Below, piece after piece: positions 60,421 through 64,000 of a DNA stretch of 64,000 nt (position 1 is the stretch's first letter; every line of letters starts with the position of its first letter). Origin of the DNA: Deltaproteobacteria bacterium. Lineage in GTDB: Bacteria; Myxococcota_A; Polyangia; Polyangiales; Polyangiaceae. Location of the stretch: the NCBI GenBank assembly GCA_016875405.1, contig VGRJ01000016.1:1128-65127 (forward strand), given 5' to 3'. Under the pieces are notes generated by a model, which saw only the letters and a list, made by a program, of their open reading frames with translations, did not search any database and had not been told where the DNA came from. The position numbers and the translations under genes were made by a program.

Positions 60421-61101
60421 TCACCAGCGCTCGACGGGCCACCTGCGAACGAGCGCGAGGGCCCGAAGCCGCGCATCCGGGTTGACCACCACTGGCGCGC
60501 CGACCCGCTCGAGGAGCGGCCGGTCGGTGATGCTGTCGGTGTAGAACGCGGCCTCGCTGAGGGAAAATCCGTGCTGCCGCCCGAGCTCCTCGGCGAGCGC
60601 GATCTTCCCCGCGCCGAAGCACATGGGGCGCATCACCTCCCCGGTGAACGCGCCGCCCTCGACCGCGAGGCGCGTCGCGAGGACGTGGTCGATCCCGAGG
60701 ACCTCGGCGAGCGGCTCGGCGGCGTAGCGCGTCGCGCCCGTCACGATGGCGGTCAGGTGCCCGAGGCGCCGGTGCCTCGCCACGGCCGCGCGCGCCTGCT
60801 CGCCCACGTGCGGCAGGACATCCGACCGAAACCACGCCCGGCAGCGCTCGACCATCGCCGCTTCGCTGCGGCCCCGGTAGCCGAGGGCCACCGCCGAGGC
60901 TACGGCCTCGGCGTCGATGATCCCGAGCGTGTACTGCAGCATCCAGTAGGCGACGCGCGCGACGTCGCGCACGCCCGCCTCGCCGAGCCGCCGCTGGTAG
61001 CGCACGTAGAGGGTCGCGGTGTCGGTCCGCACGAGCGTGCGGTCCATGTCGAAGAGCGCGACACGACAAGCCTTCACGGCCGAGCCCCTCGTCGCGCCCA
61101 C
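60421..61101 (-). CDS. HAD-superfamily hydrolase, subfamily IB (SerB-like phosphatase)
   Basis: ALFDMDRTLV (DxDxT), TGATRY, K..AL and a C-terminal YTDSITDRPLL (DxxxD). The start is GTG 61101 or 61077. Confidence 0.85.
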   Translation of the reverse strand: MGATRGSAVKACRVALFDMDRTLVRTDTATLYVRYQRRLGEAGVRDVARVAYWMLQYTLGIIDAEAVASAVALGYRGRSEAAMVERCRAWFRSDVLPHVGEQARAAVARHRRLGHLTAIVTGATRYAAEPLAEVLGIDHVLATRLAVEGGAFTGEVMRPMCFGAGKIALAEELGRQHGFSLSEAAFYTDSITDRPLLERVGAPVVVNPDARLRALALVRRWPVERW

Positions 61102-61114
61102 AAGCCCTGGGCGC

Positions 61115-63085
61115 TCAATCGCGAGGGACGCCGCGGCCGGACGTCCTAGGCAGCGGCGCTCCGGGATCCTCCCCGCGGAGGAAGTCCTCCAGCACCTTCT
61201 CGGCCACCTCGAGGAGGTCGTACACGGTGACCGCGCCGAGCAGCCGATCCTCGGAGTCGACGACCGGCAGACAGCCGATGTTGTGCTCGCGCATCAGCTC
61301 GAGCGCGGTCAGGGTCGGGGTGTCCGAGTGCGCCTTCACCGGGTCGCGCAGCATCACGTCCTGCACGGTCCACTCCTGAAAATTGACGCCCTTGCCGCGC
61401 GCGACGATCGGCAAGAGCGCGCGGATCGTGAGCAGCCCGACGAGCTTGCCGTTGTCGTCCTCGACCGGGACGTGCCGCGTCTCCTGCCAGTCCATCACTT
61501 GCGCGGCAAGCTCGACCGGATCGCTCGCGCGCACCGTGAAGAGCTCGGTCGACATGAACTGCCCGAGCGTGCGGTAGCTCGGGAACCAGTCGCGCGTGCG
61601 GTGCAGCTCGGCCGGGGCCCAGGAGTGAACGGGCTCGCCGCTCTTCTGGTTTGCGTGCATCGCCGCCGTGAGGCTGCGCATCCGCACGTCGATCGGCGCC
61701 TGCGCCATCTTCGAGAGCGATTTCAGCGCCCAGTTCGAGCCGGTCTGCTGCGACTCGACACGCGCCTCGAGGACCCCGAGGTAGCGATCGATGTCAGCCT
61801 TGTCGATGCCGTGCGTTCGCAGCCCCTCGCGCGCGGCGGGCAAGAGCTCGTTCACGATGAGGTCGTGCGCGGTCACCGTCTTGCCGCCGATCCACGTGAA
61901 CTGCGCGTGTAGGCCGTGGCGCGCCGCGGCATAGAAGTTGTTCTTCGCGTCATCGAAGGCGAGCACCTCGTCGATGCGCGGGTAGACGTCGGCAAGCTGC
62001 GCCATCATCCCGAAGAAGAAGGCCGCGTTCGCGACCTCGTCGAGGACGGTGGGGCCGCTCGGGAGGATGCGATTCTCGATGCGGAGGTGCGGCTTGCCCT
62101 CGGAGACGCCGTAACACGCGCGGTTCCAGCGCCACACCGTGCTCGTGTGCATGCGGAGCGCGCGGAGCTCGGGGACGCCACCCTCGGCGAGCACCTTCCT
62201 CGGATCCTCGTCGAGGTTGTCGGTCGACAGCATGATGCGGAAGCGCGAGATGTCGTCCTTGTAGATCTCGAGGATGCTGTCCTTGATCCACGCGTGGCCA
62301 AAGCTGACGCGCGGAGGTGCGGCTCGCAGCTTGTGCGCCTGCGAGCGCGCGTCGACCGAGCGCTGAAAGAGCGCGACGCGGGTCTCGTTCCACAGGCGCT
62401 GGCCGAAGAGCAGCGGCGAGTTGACGGCGGCCGCGAGCAACGGCGCGCTGATCGCCTGAGCGAGGTTGTAGAGCATCGCGAACTCGTTCGGTGCGACCTG
62501 AAAGTGCACCTGGAAGCTCGTGTTGGCGCTCTCGAGCATCACGTTGTCGTGGCTGATGTCGATCTCGTCGAGGCCCTTGATGACGATGTTGAAATTCCCG
62601 CCCGCGAGCGCCGACGCCGCGCGGTTGAGCTCGAAATAGCGCGGGTTCGGGGTCATGTTGTCGAGGTGCAGGTGCGCGAGGCGCAGCGTCGGGAGGATGC
62701 CCGTGAGCGCCGACGAGGCGCCGATGCCGGCCGCGGCCTGGTCCACCTTCGCGAGCAGCTCCTCGAGCTCGTCCTCCATGCGGCGCAGGCAGCGGTCGCC
62801 GAATACCTGCGGCGTGAGGTTCGCCTCGAGGTTGAAGCGCGCGAGCTCGGTCGTGATGCGCTTGTCCTCCTTCAGGCGCTCGAGCAGCTCGACGGCCACC
62901 GGCGACGGCTGCCGTGACGCGTCGACGAGGAACATCTCCTGCTCGGCACCGATCCGGCGCACACCCTTCTCGAAGCAGTCGAGCCGGATCATCTTCTCGA
63001 GCCCGTGGACGTCCTCGAGGACGGCACGGGTGAAGGCGCGCATGCGCGTCTCGCTGGCACTGGTCGCTACGGATTGATCGCCCAT
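61115..63085 (-). CDS. Glutamate--cysteine-ligase family 2 (carboxylate-amine ligase)-like enzyme fused to a C-terminal CBS pair
   Basis: ATG at 63085 gives MGDQSVATS... GCS2-like blocks: RIGAEQEMFLVD and ..SFQVHFQV.. Two CBS modules follow (FMSTELFTVRASDP..VPVEDDNGKLVGLLT; VQDVMLRDPVKAH..LPVVDSEDRLLGAVT). The upstream 155 codons of the ORF are Arg-rich and overlap the next gene. Confidence 0.85.
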   Translation of the reverse strand: MGDQSVATSASETRMRAFTRAVLEDVHGLEKMIRLDCFEKGVRRIGAEQEMFLVDASRQPSPVAVELLERLKEDKRITTELARFNLEANLTPQVFGDRCLRRMEDELEELLAKVDQAAAGIGASSALTGILPTLRLAHLHLDNMTPNPRYFELNRAASALAGGNFNIVIKGLDEIDISHDNVMLESANTSFQVHFQVAPNEFAMLYNLAQAISAPLLAAAVNSPLLFGQRLWNETRVALFQRSVDARSQAHKLRAAPPRVSFGHAWIKDSILEIYKDDISRFRIMLSTDNLDEDPRKVLAEGGVPELRALRMHTSTVWRWNRACYGVSEGKPHLRIENRILPSGPTVLDEVANAAFFFGMMAQLADVYPRIDEVLAFDDAKNNFYAAARHGLHAQFTWIGGKTVTAHDLIVNELLPAAREGLRTHGIDKADIDRYLGVLEARVESQQTGSNWALKSLSKMAQAPIDVRMRSLTAAMHANQKSGEPVHSWAPAELHRTRDWFPSYRTLGQFMSTELFTVRASDPVELAAQVMDWQETRHVPVEDDNGKLVGLLTIRALLPIVARGKGVNFQEWTVQDVMLRDPVKAHSDTPTLTALELMREHNIGCLPVVDSEDRLLGAVTVYDLLEVAEKVLEDFLRGEDPGAPLPRTSGRGVPRD

Positions 63086-63153
63086 GCTTGTCCTCGTCCG
63101 AGCGCGGAGCATACCACACGCCTCCCGGCGCCCCGCGTTTGCTGCGGCGTGCG

Positions 63154-63918
63154 TCAGCGCGAGACGAGGCGCGTCACGAAGCGGTCGTCGGCGAGCGCGT
63201 GGTAGTGGACGAGCGGGCTGCGGAGCGGCCTCGTCACCTCGACCTCGAGGCCGACCTTCCGCGCGAGGCGCACCGCCTCGTCGCGCTCCTCCTCGGTGTG
63301 CGACGCGATCACGACGGGGCCGCTCGGACACAGCGCGGCCGCCTTCGCGAAGAGGCGCGCGGGCGCGAAGAACCGCGCCGGGAGCCCCCAGCGCACGAGC
63401 GCGTGGCGCGTGACGAAGGGGAAGAACATGGTGACGACGTCGAACGGCTCGGCCGCCTCGAGCGCGCAGAAATCGGCAACGCGGTAGCGCACCTGCTCGT
63501 TGCCGGTCTGGCGCGCGTAGGCCTCGGCGTAGTCGCAGCGCGCGCGCCAATCGCGGTAGACGACGTGGCCGTCGACCTCGACCCCGAGTAGTTTGGGCGG
63601 CCCGCCGCTCGCGCGGCGGAAGTAGCGCTCGAGGGCAAAGGCGTAGGCGAAATTCTTCGAGCCGACGTCGACGACGCGCAGCGGACCGTCCGCGCGGCGG
63701 GGGGCTCGCCCCCCCTCCAGGGCGCGCTCGAGGGCCTCGAGGACGTAGAGGTTCTCGCGGTAGTCGAGGCGGGTCGACGCCGTGCGGAGCCGCTCGAGCT
63801 CGTAGCGGCCTCGCAGCTCTCGCTCGCGCGCGTCGGCTCGCCGCGCGCCGGCGGCGTCGAGGTAGTCGAAGAGCGTGTCTTTCGGCTCGTCGGCAAGAGC
63901 GGGCGGGCCGCGCCGCAC
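63154..63918 (-). CDS. Hypothetical protein, class-I SAM-methyltransferase-like fold (weak call)
   Basis: GC3-biased ORF. RVVDVGSKNFAYAFAL resembles an SAM motif-I strand, and FDVVTMFFPFV resembles motif IV-like sequence. The same frame stays open with coding-like codons to the window end at 64000, so the true start may lie upstream. Confidence 0.5.
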   Translation of the reverse strand: MRRGPPALADEPKDTLFDYLDAAGARRADARERELRGRYELERLRTASTRLDYRENLYVLEALERALEGGRAPRRADGPLRVVDVGSKNFAYAFALERYFRRASGGPPKLLGVEVDGHVVYRDWRARCDYAEAYARQTGNEQVRYRVADFCALEAAEPFDVVTMFFPFVTRHALVRWGLPARFFAPARLFAKAAALCPSGPVVIASHTEEERDEAVRLARKVGLEVEVTRPLRSPLVHYHALADDRFVTRLVSR

Positions 63919-64000
63919 GCCGAGGCGCGCGCGTGCGCCGAAGCGCAGGGTGTTGACGAGCTCGTGCAGGGCGTCGCCGAAGCCACGCGCGGTCGCCGCG

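Noticed and set aside
63086-63550. N-terminal 155 codons of the 811-aa ORF 61115-63550(-).
   Set aside because: The stretch is Arg/Ala/Gly-rich nonsense overlapping the 3' part of the methyltransferase-like gene. GCS2 homology starts just after the ATG at 63085.
1-64000. Search for tRNA, rRNA, transposase/integrase genes, prophage genes, toxin-antitoxin pairs or restriction-modification/defence genes.
   Set aside because: None was recognised in intergenic spacers or in any frame. The spacers are short and lack cloverleaf-like sequence. A tRNAscan/Infernal run would be the definitive check.

Overview
The window is very GC-rich (about 70% by eye, not computed) and looks like bacterial chromosome. 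Its gene content fits Myxococcota best (inference): a Hanks-type Ser/Thr kinase, PilZ proteins, an FGE-sulfatase-domain protein, Cys-rich secreted lipoproteins, a DUF1592/DUF1552 pair and many LxxC lipoboxes. About 47 protein-coding genes tile it with short gaps. I recognised no rRNA, tRNA, CRISPR array, transposase or integrase. Most long ORFs in the six-frame track are antisense or alternate-frame artefacts of the GC content. I chose genes by family motifs, third-position GC bias, signal peptides and start/stop coupling. Housekeeping genes: metG, hisS, glnS (with an appended YqeY/GatB-like tail), xseA, accC, ruvX, nth, typA, sodB, a thiolase, an SDR, a GH1 beta-glucosidase, a FabF-like KAS and a PLD. 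Items most worth a second look: (1) A highly conserved T6SS sheath gene tssC (40602-42434) stands alone, with no tssB or other T6SS gene in 64 kb. It follows a PilZ-like gene and carries a tandem-repeat Pro-rich N-terminal extension. (2) A six-gene minus-strand operon (46575-51724) joins an uncharacterised EcfT-like membrane protein with a ~25-Gly tract to molybdenum-storage-protein homologues mosA/mosB and modABC. (3) A lipoprotein has an intact animal/cyanobacterial-type protein-arginine deiminase catalytic set and is coupled to a secreted HEAT-repeat protein. (4) A candidate operon runs PilZ, then a dihaem cytochrome c fused to rhodanese, then an FGE-like protein. (5) A dihaem-motif lipoprotein gene is disrupted by two compensating frameshifts and an in-frame TAG. 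(6) A transaldolase-like protein has two C-terminal EF-hands and changed active-site residues. (7) There are three tandem DNA repeats: 39 bp intergenic, 66 bp in tssC, and (GGN)~25. All family calls rest on motif recognition from memory. No database search or alignment was run.
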